From Macrostomum lignano (lineage: Eukaryota), in contig NIVC01002432.1 of NCBI GenBank assembly GCA_002269645.1, positions 110,579 through 174,578 on the forward strand: a stretch of DNA of 64,000 nt, written 5' to 3'. The translations under genes and the position numbers were made by a program. Under the pieces are notes generated by a model that made no database searches, was not told the origin of the DNA, and saw only the letters and a list, made by a program, of their open reading frames with translations. Below, one piece after another: positions 45,501-57,844 of this stretch; position 1 is the first letter of the stretch, and each line of letters starts with the position of its first letter.

Positions 45501-46800
45501 GAATCGTCCCTTCTACTCCTTAAGAATCAGCCCTTCTACTCTCTAAGAATCAGCCCTTCTACTCTCTAAGAATCAGCCCTTCTACTCTCTAAGAATCAGC
45601 CCTTCTACTCTCTAAGAATCAGCCCTTCTACTCTCTAAGAATCAGCCCTTCTACTCTCTAAGAATCAGCTCTTCTACTCTATAAGCCGTCCCTTCTACTC
45701 TCTAAGAATCAGCCCTTCTACTCTATAAGCCGTCCCTTCTACTCTCTAAGAATCAGCCCTTCTACTCTCTAAGAATCAGCCCTTCTACTCCTTAAGAATC
45801 AGCCCTTCTACTCTCTAAGAATCAGCCCTTCTACTCCTTAAGAATCAGCCCTTCTACTCTCTAAGAATCAGCCCTTCTACTCTCTAAGAATCAGCCCTTC
45901 TTCTCTCTAAGAATCGTCCCTTCTACTCTCTAAGAATCAGCCCTTCTACTCTCTAAGAATCGTCCCTTCTACTCTCTAAGAATCGTCCCTTCTACTCTCT
46001 AAGAATCGTCCCTTCTACTCTCTAAGAATCGTCCCTTCTACTCTCTAAGAATCGTCCCTTCTACTCTCTAAGAATCGTCCCATCTACTTTCTAAGAATCG
46101 TCTCTTCTACTCTCTAAGAATCGTCCCTTCTACTCTCTAAGAATCAGCCCTTCTACTCTCTAAGAATCAGCCCTTCTACTCTCTAAGAATCAGCCCTTCT
46201 ACTCTCTAAGAATCAGCCCTTCTACTCTCTAAGAATCAGCCCTTCTACTCTCTAAGAATCAGCCCTTCTACTCTCTAAGAATCAGCCCTTCTACTCTCTA
46301 AGAATCAGCCCTTCTACTCTCTAAGAATCAGCCCTTCTACTCTATAAGCCGTCCCTTCTACTCTCTAAGAATCAGCCCTTCTACTCCTTAAGAATCGTCC
46401 CTTCTACTCTCTAAGAATCAGCCCTTCTACTCTCTAAGAATCAGCCCTTCTACTCTCTAAGAATCAGCCCTTCTACTCTCTAAGAATCAGCCCTTCTACT
46501 CTAAGAATCAGCCCTTCTACTCTCTAAGAATCAGCCCTTCTACTCTCTAAGAATCAGCCCTTCTACTCTCTAAGAATCAGCCCTTCTACTCTCTAAGAAT
46601 CAGCCCTTCTACTCCTTAAACATCCCTATCTCCCTGCCGCATTCCAGTTCCCAAACAGGTTCCGCTTGCCGATGGGCACGAGATTCTATCGCTGCCACTT
46701 GCGCCTGCATCCGCTGTCCAATGCCCAGCTGTTCAGCAGCCTCACTTATTCGTCATCGACTCCGCAGCTGACCAGCTCATCCGATCAGGACATTCAATGA
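31553..46800 (+). CDS. rb1cc1: RB1CC1/FIP200 (Atg11/Atg17-like autophagy scaffold); exons 31553-31632, 32189-32315, 32606-32779, 34017-34502, 34626-35212, 35758-35944, 36802-37118, 39145-39489, 39674-40343, 40752-41002, 42328-43141, 46648-46800 (4191 nt, about 1396 aa)
   Basis: N-terminal ubiquitin-like part (IYIFLMDNG...NQVLLASGG...NPIFLFN), [23 protein letters not shown]|[13 protein letters not shown], coiled coils, and C-terminal Claw ([10 protein letters not shown]...EHCQTRK|[15 protein letters not shown]). All junctions are GT-AG and phase-consistent. Confidence 0.92.
32845..33960. repeat. ~34-bp minisatellite (TAAGTTTTGAGGATTTGGGAAGATTTTTAGTGAG)n, RB1CC1 intron 3
   Basis: About 30 units filling most of the intron. 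Confidence 0.95.
36015..36520. repeat. 12-bp purine-rich minisatellite (GAGGTGAGGGGA)n, RB1CC1 intron 6
   Basis: Tandem units; SPLT/GEVR ORFs are artefacts. Confidence 0.93.
36681..36750 (+). repeat. Dispersed hairpin element, copy 3 (RB1CC1 intron 6)
   Basis: CGCAGGGTGTACA gcggGCCTGAC tttctaatc GTCAGGCagg TACACTCTGTG CCTTGG. Confidence 0.75.
37205..39135. repeat. 9-bp-based minisatellite (AATCTACCC/AATCTACTC/GATCTACCT)n with higher-order blocks, RB1CC1 intron 7
   Basis: 1.9 kb of tandem variants ending about 10 nt before the acceptor at 39144. Confidence 0.95.
39505..39610. repeat. (CTA)n trinucleotide microsatellite, RB1CC1 intron 8
   Basis: Directly visible. Confidence 0.9.
40362..40650. 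repeat. 43-bp minisatellite (TATTTAGTCTATGGCCCAAACCTGTATGATGTATATAAGCATG)n, RB1CC1 intron 9
   Basis: 6-7 units; GTCTATGGCCC recurs at 40367 and 40410. Confidence 0.92.
41035..42255. repeat. 23-bp minisatellite (GAGAATCAATCCGAATTCTCCCT)n, RB1CC1 intron 10
   Basis: About 50 units filling the intron. Confidence 0.95.
43245..44030. repeat. ~21-bp minisatellite (GATCTAATCTCTCTCTGTCCC)n, RB1CC1 intron 11
   Basis: Tandem pyrimidine-rich units. Confidence 0.93.
45062..46615. repeat. 23-bp minisatellite (TCTAAGAATCRKCCCTTCTACTC)n, RB1CC1 intron 11
   Basis: About 67 units in two variants (GTCCC/AGCCC), ending about 30 nt before the last acceptor. Confidence 0.96.
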
Positions 46801-46924
46801 GGATAAACGGATCGGATAGTGGCTTGTCATATTGATTGATTTTTTGTGGTAACTGCTTATCAACAGCTTATTTAATTTGACTTCTTGTGTTTTATTGAAC
46901 CACATCTAGTTAACTTGGCTATCT

Positions 46925-47500
46925 GGCCCAGCCTAAGTCCTTAGTGGGAGAATCTGCTATCAAAGACTTGCTGTTCATTGTCTATGGCCCAACCTAAGTC
47001 CTTAGTGGGAGAATCAGGCTCTTGAAGACTTGCTGTTCATTGTCTATGGCCTAACCTAAGTCCTTAGTGGGAGAATCAGGCTATTGAAGACTTGCTGTTC
47101 ATTGTCTATGGCCTAACCTAAGTCCTTAGTGGGAGAATCAGGCTATTGAAGACTTGCTGTTCATTGTCTATGGCCTAACCTAAATCCTTAGTGGGAGAAT
47201 CTGCTATTGAAGACTTGCTGTTCATTGTCTATGGCCCAACCTAAATCCTTAGTGGGAGAATCTGCTATTGAAGACTTGCTGTTCATTGTCTATGGCCCAA
47301 CCTAAATCCTTAGTGGGAGAATCTGCTATTGAAGACTTGCTGTTCATTGTCTATGGCCCAACCTAAATCCTTAGTGGGAGAATCTGCTATTGAAGACTTG
47401 CTGTTCATTGTCTATGGCCCAACCTAAATCCTTAGTGGGAGAATCTGCTATTGAAGACTTGCTGTTCATTGTCTATGGCCCAACCTAAATCTTTAGCAAG
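46925..47500. repeat. 61-bp minisatellite (CCTAAATCCTTAGTGGGAGAATCTGCTATTGAAGACTTGCTGTTCATTGTCTATGGCCCAA)n downstream of the RB1CC1 stop
   Basis: About 9 units; the one-base shift per 60-nt line confirms the period. Confidence 0.95.
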
Positions 47501-48829
47501 AGAATCAATCAATCAACTATTTGAGAGTAAATTCTCGGGTAAATTCTATTGAGAATTATCAAAAAAATTGTTTTTTAACTCTGATAGACTCTGTGGTAAG
47601 AGCAGATAAAGTACAAACTAATAATTGTCACCCTTGACAACCATTTTTGCTAGTGCCAGTATTTTGGAAAGTGAGAGAATTACTAATTTTAACCTAGCCA
47701 GCCACGGTGTCACAAGCCACGTCAAACCGCATTGGCATGACGCATCTCCAGCGCTAAATTTATCATTTCAAAAGATTTCCTCATTGATTTGCAATAGAAT
47801 AGATAATTTCGTTTGTCTAAAATAATTTTTCTAAACTGACTACTCACTACTTAGCTTAGTTTTACTAACAAATCTGAGTAGCTAGCATCGAGTTGGCATG
47901 GTCAAATATTCAAGTTTCATAGCTCTTGGGCACAACAATAATAAGAGCAGAGCTGCTAATAATGGAAACAAGCCCGTCAGTTTTATAGTTTACAAGTTGA
48001 ATAAAAAATGTTCCAATAAAAAAAAATTGGCTGCGTTTTAACTAAAAATATTGCGTCAAGGTGCACCGCCACTATAATATAGTAGTTTTTCTGTTTACCT
48101 GACGAAATGTCTCAAGTCTATGCATCTCTCTCACGTGATCGCTTTTTGCAATGCGTATCGCGTCTTTGTTGAATTAATACTATCATGTCCCAACTATTCT
48201 ACTTGTATTAGTAGGTTAGCTGCGAATATTATCGCATAATTTGTATTTTCCATCTAAATTTATCGGAGTAATGGGAGCTATATACCTAGCCGCAATTGTT
48301 GTTTCTAGTTCTTTCTTTGACAGACAATATTATTTTGATGAATTAAGATTTTTCCTTATTAACTTATCTATAAATATATCGCTTAATAGTTCCTACAAGT
48401 ACAAGTTTAATAAAGGCAATATCCATTCTTTGTGATTCAAACCTGTCTATCCGACTTCATTTTCTCAACCTGTTGTAGACCATTTTTGAGTTAAATAATG
48501 CCCCGCTGCACTGAAGCTCTGTCTGTAATTTGCTGCACGTGTGACTATGAAAAGCCTATTGTTTCTCCCCTGTATACTGTCAGTAATATGTCGCCTGTAT
48601 AAACCGCCTAACCTTTCTGTATGAAGGCCTGTATGCTTTAAAGACGGTAATAAGAAAAAAACAAAAAATGTTATTTAAAAATTATTGAGTTAATGATATT
48701 TCCTTCTTGTATTGATACTGTATCATTTATTGTGCTCGCTGCCTCTTGCATTGTTACCCTTTTTTGTTACCACCTGCACTTGTCAAAATCTGTTATCAGC
48801 CACTGCATAGGGAGCCCTATAGACTGCTT

Positions 48830-49840
48830 TGACCACTGAAGCTTCAGTGACTCAGCTACCATCTGCTCCCCTCAGACCCCTGAAGCTTCAGTGACTCAGC
48901 TACCATCTGCTCTCTCAGACCCCGGAAGCTTCAGTGACTCAGCTACCATCTGCTCCCCTCAGACCTACTGAAGCTTCAGTGATTCAGCTACCATCTGCTC
49001 CCCTCAGACCTACTGAAGCTTCAGTGATTCAGCTACCATCTGCTCCCCTCAGACCTACTGAAGCTTCAGTGACTCAGCTACCATCTGCTCCCGTCAGACC
49101 TACTGAAGCTTCAGTGACTCAGCTACCATCTGCTCCCCTCAGACCCCTGAAGCTTCAGTGACTCAGCTACCATCTGCTCCCCTCAGACCTACTGAAGCTT
49201 CAGTGATTCAGCTACCATCTGCTCCCCTCAGACCTACTGAAGCTTCAGTGATTCAGCTACCATCTGCTCCCCTCAGACCCCTGAAGCTTCAGTGACTCAG
49301 CTACCATCTGCTCCCCTCAGACCTACTGAAGCTTCAGTGACTCAGCTACCATCTGCTCCCCTCAGACCCCTGAAGCTTCAGTGACTCAGCTACCATCTGC
49401 TCCCCTCAGACCCCTGAAGCTTCAGTGACTCAGCTACCATCTGCTCCCCTCAGACCCCTGAAGCTTCAGTGACTCAGCTACCATCTGCTCCCCTCAGACC
49501 CCTGAAGCTTCAGTGACTCAGCTACCATCTGCTCCCCTCAGACCTACTTAGACCTACTCAGTGATTCAGCTACCATCTGCTCCCCTCAGACCCCTGAAGC
49601 TTCAGTGACTCAGCTACCATCTGCTCCCCTCAGACCTACTGCAGCTTCAGTGACTCAGCTACCATCTGCTCCCCTCAGACCTACTGAAGCTTCAGTAACT
49701 CAGCTACCATCTGCTCTCTCAGACCCCGGAAGCTTCAGTGACTCAGCTACCATCTGCTCCCCTCAGACCCCGGAAGCTTCAGTGACTCAGCTACCATCTG
49801 CTCCCCTCAGACCTACTTAGACCTACTCAGTGACTCAGCT
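48830..49840. repeat. 44/45-bp minisatellite (GAAGCTTCAGTGACTCAGCTACCATCTGCTCCCCTCAGACCCCT/CCTACT)n
   Basis: About 22 units. Confidence 0.95.
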
Positions 49841-50734
49841 GAGCAGTCTGAGCAGTTCAAAGCGGCTTATGTCGCTACTGTATTTGTGTAAAGTGTACAT
49901 AGCATATATATATTTGGCCTTCGCAAGCAAGGCAACATGTCTTTCTACATTGTCTCCCGACCCATAATTTTATTTTGTACAATTATTATTTTTTCATATC
50001 CGCGCTCTGTGTGTACCAGACATCTGCTGTTTGTTCAGGTTTTCTTGCTTCAACTTGTTTTTATCGCCCGATTAATTGTTACAGTTTAGCTCGAACATTT
50101 ATAATATAAAGTTGTCTCTGATGAAGCTCATCTATTTTCTTCTACAGTTTTTGGGGGCTCTTGTGGCTTGATTCGTTATTTCTGCTGCGGCTTTGACTGG
50201 TTTGAATTTCATTGCTAAGCTTGACTTGTCTCTCCTTTGCTCTGTCTGTCTGTCTCTCCCTACTGTCTACTGTCAGCAGTGCATGTCAGTAGTGTGTGTC
50301 ATAAGTATGCTATTGTTCTGTTTTAATTTTTATCTGGAAATCGGTTTGCTATTTCTGAATACAATACAAGTTTTCTCTAACAATAATTTATTCATAAATA
50401 TACTCTCTCTTGACAAAATGTGTTTCCAGAGATGGAACGCAAACTATACTACTTATTACTACAATTTCAAAAGTTGCATCAGTAGTATATTATCAATATA
50501 TTGTTAGTTTCTTTATTCAGCTCTTTCAGGTCTTTGTTTCTATCTCCTACTTCAAGTAGGTTGTAATGCCAATATTGCGGATAATACGAATCAAATGAAA
50601 TTCCATTTATATGAAACTGCTGAATCTGGAATATGTACACCGATTATTCTACTATACCTACATATGCTAAATCCTGGCAATCGGTCAAAGCTTTTATTAA
50701 ATAGTTTGCTTCAAGGGGCTCAAGAACAAATCTA

Positions 50735-50945
50735 ACCTGAGAGTCGGTTCTGTTCTCAGAATCTCACCTGAGACTGTCGTTCTATTCTCAGAATTTCACC
50801 TGATACTGTCGGTTCTGTTCTCAGAATCTCATCTGAGACTGTCGGTTCTATTTTCAGAATCTCACCTGAGACTGTCGTTTCTATTCTCAGAATCTCACCT
50901 GAGACTGTCGGTTCTATTCTTAGAATCTCACCTGAGACTGTTGTT
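50735..50945. repeat. 33-bp minisatellite (GAGACTGTCGGTTCTATTCTCAGAATCTCACCT)n
   Basis: About 6 units. Confidence 0.9.
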
Positions 50946-51754
50946 TCAGCCTTCAATTCTTCACTTCAGACTACTGGTATCTGTCATTAAATGAGTCATA
51001 TACAAGAATCTCATGCTTAGAATGTCAGCCTCAGTTCGCCACAATCAGCTCAATGCAGCTCACAGCAACAAATGGGTGCCGGGCTGCGGAGGCATGATCA
51101 AAGAGCACAACTACGAGTTAGATCAAACGGGCCTGGAGATTTTACCAGACGATATTGCATCTCTTTATCGCTGGCTATCAGATTTCATCGGAGTCTTTTA
51201 GAAAAAATAACAATAAAAGCCGCAGGTCCCGCAACCCCTGGACCCGCCCAGTTTTCTTCTTTGATTTCAATTCTTGTGTGTTTTTTTACTCCGGATCTCT
51301 GGCTTGTTGCCGAGGCCCCAGCTACCCCCGCCAGCCTCTGCTGCTCGGAGCTCTTCTTCTTTTGCGGGAGGGGGAGACTTTCGGGAAGAAATTATCTACT
51401 AGGCGCCATCGCAGACGCGAAGCAACAAGGGTATTAATGAGCCGGCGGAGGAGTAAAGCTAAATAAAACTGTCTTACCTGTCAAACCGCTATGAGCTGGG
51501 GTTCATCATTGAGCAGTATTACGGATGCAATGAGATAGCTATCAATGTATACGGGGGGAGCTTAAGACCAGGGTGGATACCAGCTGTCAAGGTTGGATTG
51601 CAAGTTTATGCCTAAACATTTACCTGGATTTTGTTAGTTATCTGCTCTTTTTATATCATTTGTACGGCAGTTCTCTGATTCCCCAGCTAGCTAGTTTAGG
51701 GGGTCCCGAAAGTTCACTGCTTCACCTTCCCTAATGAAATCCGGATTCGTTTCA

Positions 51755-53285
51755 TATCCCCAAACTTCATATCCCCCTGACTTCATATCCCCAGATTTCA
51801 TATCCCCAGACTTCATATCCCCAGACTTCATATCCCCAGATTTCATATCCCCAGATTTCATATCCCCAGACTTCATATCCCCAGACTTCATATCCCCAGA
51901 TTACATATCCCCAGATTTCATATCCCCAGACTTCATATCCCCAGACTTCATATCCCCAAACTTCATATCCCCAAACTTCATATCCCCAAACTTCATATCC
52001 CCAGACTTCATATCCCCAGACTTCATATCCCCAGACTTCATATCCCCAGACTTCATATCCCCAGACTTCATATCCCCAGACTTCATATCCCCAGACTTCA
52101 TATCCCCAGACTTCATATCCCCAGACTTCATATCCCCAGACTTCATATCCCCAGACTTTATATCCCCATACTTCATATCCCCAGATTTCATATCCCCCAG
52201 ACTTCATATCCCCAGATTTCACATCCCCAGACTTCATTTTTCAAACTTCATATCCCCCAAACTTCATATCCCCAAACTTCATATCCCCAGACTTCATATC
52301 CCCAGACTTCATATCCCCAGACTTCATATCCCCAGACTTCATATCCCCAGACTTCATATCCCCAGACTTTATATCCCCATACTTCATATCCCCAGATTTC
52401 ATATCCCCCAGACTTCATATCCCCAGATTTCACATCCCCAGACTTCATTTTTCAAACTTCATATCCCCCAGACTTCATATCCCCAAACTTCATATCCCCA
52501 GACTTCATATCCCCAGACTTCATATCCCCAGACTTCATATCCCCAGACTTCATATCCCCAGACTTCATATCCCCAGACTTTATATCCCCATACTTCATAT
52601 CCCCAGATTTCATATCCCCCAGACTTCATATCCCCAGATTTCACATCCCCAGACTTCATTTTTCAAACTTCATATCCCCCAGACTTCATATCCCCAAACT
52701 TCATATCCCCAGACTTCATATCCCCAGACTTCATATCCCCAGACTTCATATCCCCAGACTTCATATCCCCAGACTTCATATCCCCAGACTTTATATCCCC
52801 ATACTTCATATCCCCAGATTTCATATCCCCCAGACTTCATATCCCCAGATTTCACATCCCCAGACTTCATTTTTCAAACTTCATATCCCCCAGACTTCAT
52901 ATCCCCAGACTTCATATCCCCAGACTTCATATCCCCAGACTTCATATCCCCAGACTTCATATCCCCAGACTTCATATCCCCAGACTTCATATCCCCAGAC
53001 TTCATATCCCCAGACTTCATATCCCCAGACTTTATATCCCCATACTTCATATCCCCAGATTTCATATCCCCAGACTTCATATCCCCAGATTTCACATCCC
53101 CAGACTTCATTTTTCAAACTTCATATCCCCCAGACTTCATATCCCCAGACTTCATATCCCCCAGACTTCATATCCCCCAGACTTCAAATCCCAAGACTTC
53201 ATATCCCCAGACTTCATATCCCCCAGACTTCATATCCCCCAGACTTCAAATCCCCAGATTTCATATCCCCAGACTTTATATCCCC
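51755..53285. repeat. 15-bp minisatellite (CTTCATATCCCCAGA)n with a 211-bp higher-order repeat
   Basis: About 100 units; identical ORF starts recur at 52248/52459/52670 and 52237/52448/52659/52870. Confidence 0.97.
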
Positions 53286-53599
53286 AGACATCGTATCTCC
53301 AAACAATCAAAACCCAGGCTTTGTATCCGCAACTTCCCATACCTTTCTAAATATTCCTAAGAGATATGTACACAGCACTACTAAAAGTAGAATTATATAT
53401 TGGAAATTTTATTCAGGGATTTAAAATCGCTTTAAAAAACGAATTACACTTCGAAGTGTCGGAAATGCGTCTTTTCTATTGAATTCGTATCGACTTCTCA
53501 ATAGGTATGTGAATGGTTACAGAATAAATTGTTTTGTGTGTTTTATTTGTCAAAAATTAACGAATAATGACTTTTAGTATCATTTTTTGTTTTATAGAA

Positions 53600-54450
53600 G
53601 GTCGTTTCTAGTTTGGAATGTTTCTAGTTTGAAATGTTTCGAGTTTAGGATTTTTCGAGTTTGGGATGTTTCGAGTTTGGGATGTTTCGAGTTTGGGATG
53701 TTTCGAGTTTAGGATTTTTCGAGTTTGGGATCTTTCGAGTTTGGGATGTTTCGAGTTTGGCTAGGATGTTTCGAAATTATGATGTTTCGAGTTTGGTATG
53801 TTTCGAGTTTGAAATGTTTCGAGTTTAGGATTTTTCGAATTTGGGATGTTTCGAATTTGGGATGTTTCGAGTTTGGGATGTTTCGAGTTTGGTATGTTTC
53901 GAGTTTGGGATCTTTCGAGTTTGGGATCTTTCGAGTTTGGGATGTTTCGAGTTTCGGATGTTTTGAGTTTGGCTAGGATGTTTCGAATTTGGGATGTTTC
54001 GAATTTGGGATGTTTCGAATTTGGGATGTTTCGAATTTGGGATGTTTCGAATTTGGGATGTTTCGAGTTTGGGATGTTTCGAGTTTGGTATGTTTCGAGT
54101 TTGGGATCTTTCGAGTTTGGGATGTTTCGAGTTTGGGATGTTTCGAGTTTGGGATGTTTCGAGTTTGGCTAGGATGTTTCGAATTTGGGATGTTTCGAGT
54201 TTGGCTAGGATGTTTCGAGTTTGGGATGTTTCGAGTTTGGCTAGGATGTTTCGAGTTTAGCTAGGATGTTTCGAGTTTGGCTAGGATGTTTCGAGTTTAG
54301 CTGGGATGTTTCGAGTTTGGCTGGGATGTTTCGAGTTTGGCTAGGATGTTTCGAGTTTGGCTAGGATGTTTCGAGTTTAGCTGGGATGTTTCGAGTTTGG
54401 CTGGGATGTTTCGAGTTTGGCTAGGGTGTTTCGAGTTTGGCTGGGATGTT
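53600..54450. repeat. 16-bp minisatellite (GTTTGGGATGTTTCGA)n
   Basis: Tandem units with TAG/CTG insertion variants. Confidence 0.95.
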
Positions 54451-55414
54451 TTAAGTAAAGAATTGTCTTCGAGCAGTTTTAGAATCGAACGGCTTCTCAA
54501 GTCTTAGTTTGAGCTTTCTGAAGCTTCTAGCTTGAGAATCGCTGAGCCGCTCTTCGTGACTTTGGTAGAATTTTTCTCAGCGCAGAATCTCCACAGAGCG
54601 AGAGAGAGAAAAAGCCTCGTAGCGGATTTAAGAAAAACAATGACCAATTTTTTCGAAGGGCCGGAGTCGAAGGGCGAGCGCGGTCTCCCCGGATACTGAC
54701 TCTCTCAGTCAGCCATGTGCATAAGGCTGGGGAGGCAGCGGCTTAATTTCGATAAGCCTACGGGCTGGCTGTGTTTGGAGTGAAAACAGCTCAAAAATCA
54801 GAGTTCGACACACTCAAAGGCAATATCGAGTCTTTGTTAATGGACTCCCTTACCTCCCCACTGCGCCGCCACTCTTCTTATGGCTTCTCAGTCTTCTTTC
54901 GCAAAACTGGTCTTCCTGTCCGCTTATTCCACATCTTTTAGCCAGCTCGAGGCTTCTTAAGGAATCTTTGTGTTGTGAGGAAGTTCATCATGAATTCTTT
55001 ATGGATGAGGGATGGGGGTATCTGACCCCATGGCAACTAAGAAATCTAAGGTGTATCGAAGTCGCAGAGCCACCTCAAACCTGTCTAGATCTCAAGACGC
55101 TGGTCCGCAAGAATTTTTTTGGCTTTTTTATTATCCCCCGAATCAAACTGCTCAGCTGGTTGCCGAGGTCCTCTCGAGATATCCCCCCCCCAAGTCCTCA
55201 GTCTGCGTCTCTCCTGCATGTTTTTCTTATATTTTTGGGATTATTTTTCTATCTTGAATAAAAAGTAGGTTAACCACATTTTTTATAATTTGAGGTCGAG
55301 TGGCCCGACTTGAAATTGTGCACTGACTTTTTCGGGAATCTCTTCATTTGTGCACGTATTGAAGCGCGTTGCCATGGGATCCTTTGTTAGAATTGAGTCC
55401 GCATTGTTTATAGA

Positions 55415-55920
55415 GATGTCTAGTTTGGGATGCTTACAGTTTGGGATGTTCACAGTTTGGGATGTTCACAGTTTTGGATGTTCACAGTTTGGGATGTTCA
55501 CAGTTTTGGATGTTCACAGTTTGGGATGTTCACAGTTTGGGATGTTCACAGTTTGGGATGTTCACAGTTTGGGATGTTCACAGTTTGGGATGTTCAGAGT
55601 TTGAGATGTTCACAGTTTGTGATTTTCACAGTTTGGGATGTTCACAGTTTAGGATGTTCACAGTTTGGGATGTTTGTAGTATGGGATGTTTGTAGTTTGT
55701 GATGTTTGTAGTTTGGGATATTCACAGTTTGGGATGTTTACAGTTTGGGATGTTCACAGTTTGGGATGTTCACAGTTTGGGATGTTCACAGTTTGGGATG
55801 TTCACAGTTTGGGATGTTCAGACTTTGGGATGTTCACAGTTTAGGATGCTCACAGTTTGGGATTTTCACAGTTTGAGATGTTCACAGTTTGTGATTTTCA
55901 CAGTTTAGGATGTTCACAAT
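55415..55920. repeat. 16-bp minisatellite (GTTTGGGATGTTCACA)n
   Basis: Tandem units sharing a 12-bp core with the 53600-54450 array. Confidence 0.95.
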
Positions 55921-57844
55921 TTGGGTGTTACCAGTTTCCAGACTCGATGCATGAACATTCGAGACAGAATTCCTAGTTGAGTTTCCTAAAACTGGCTACT
56001 AAGGAAAAAATTCTACAATACATCTTGGTAACAAGGATCTGGTACTGCAGGAAGGTAACAAGCGATGAGAAGCCCACACGCAACAGGTTTAAGAATTGTC
56101 GTGGACTCCCAAACAATTTGATAATTAGTGTATCAAATATCTGCCTAGCAATATACAGAGGACAGCTTAAGAAACTTCTTATTTCTTCTTTAGGGAAGGA
56201 ACTCAACTTATAATAGATACCTAGGTGGGAACAAGACAGTCTGAGTGCGCGAAGGCCTCATTGCTCATCACGGAATTCTATTCTAGCTATTTCTAATAAT
56301 AAGTTTTAAACTGGAGTAGCCAAGGTGTGAGGCGAACACACAATGATAAAAAACACTGCGCTGCACGATGAAGCCATGCGATGGAAGTCAATCGGGGAAG
56401 AGAAGGGGTTGGGGGGTGGGGTTACCGGGTTCCGCTTGTTGAATTCAATTGTAGACAGGCTTCCCTTCCCCACCGAGGACTCATCATCCTTAAGGTTTTT
56501 ATTGTTCCCCTGTCTTTAGTCGCCAACCGGCCTTGTAAAAAAATTCTCAAGAAAAATGAATAAAAATCACACGAGAGGGGGTACAGGTGTCAGTCAGTCT
56601 TGCTTTGCTTCTTTCAAAGGCGAAACTGCGGTTGGTTGCCACCCGGGGTTCCGGGTAATAAATTCTTGCTATTGTCACCTTTATAATCTGGTTGGTTTTG
56701 ATTGTGTGAAAAATTTTTATTATATGATTTGAGATATGATTTGTGTGACCAATTGGACCAAAGATTGCTTACATCGGATCAGATCCGCCAATTTTGGTTG
56801 GGGAAATTCGAAACCCGAGAGATGTCCCACTGGCACCAGCTTGTCTCAGTGCGTGTAACACAATCTACTCAACTATTGGGGGGAGGGGAGAATGATGGAA
56901 TCCCATGATATTATCGAGATAAAAATATGAATCTGGTCAACCAAAATTAGCCTTTTTGATGGCAATCGAAAGGTGCAATCGTGGCATGGCAACTTTACCT
57001 TACATACCAATGTGGAGAGACAGGGCTTCAGGGCTATGTTGAATGAACTCTGCTCAAACAGTCTTTGTCCGAGTAGTCTTGGTGTGAGCGCTGATTTTTA
57101 TCAGCTATACGGAAATCTGGGGATGAGGGAGAGCTCATGGAGATGGTCAGACTGGCACCTGCCTTGACCAGAGCAACCCATCCGAACATAATCGCATGGA
57201 CGAGTCTCGAATCAATCAGAAAGTCAATGAATGAGCAACCGTTCGTGTTTGAAAGTTAAAGTTTTAAACTGTCTTTTCCTTAACAATGACGATTGCTTCT
57301 TCATCATACCTTGTTAAGCTCATGTTGACACCTGTTCAGCGGAGGATGTACCTTCAAATTCTAGAAATTAATTCTTGAATGTTTCGGGAATTTTCTATTT
57401 AGGCTACAGAAGTCAAACTCTTTATTTAATTGAATATTATTTATTTTTTTAACAACTGTACACAGCAGCAACCTACAATGACAGAGCAATATTGACGTCG
57501 TTAATTTCAAGAGCGGATGCCGGAGACTCCGCAGCCCGCATGCCCATGCAGTCGATGTTGATGAAGGCGTGATGCAGATCGAGAAGACGTCCAGCGTCCA
57601 TTCGCTTCATCTGGCCCGCTGCGAGATGCTCGGTGATTACCTCTCCACTTTCAATTAGCTCAGTAAGTGGGCGAGCCCCCCCCCCCCGGTTCAGCCGCCC
57701 CCAGTCCTGTAGCTGTAAACCGGCGCTCCCGTTTCATTTCCTGTTTTTCTCCTCTTGTGTAATCACCTCTCCTCTTTCTCCTAGAAATGTCCAAAAATGT
57801 TTTTGTCAGGGGGGGGGGCAAGAGTCTTTTAAACGAGCGAGAGT

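Noticed and set aside
47625-48070. TIR element bounded by CACC(C)TTGAC motifs
   Set aside because: Inverted match is under about 12 bp with gaps, and there is no TSD.
51734-53350. 538-aa repetitive protein (PDFIS/PRLHI)
   Set aside because: 15-bp satellite open in several frames on both strands, with no splice or homology support.
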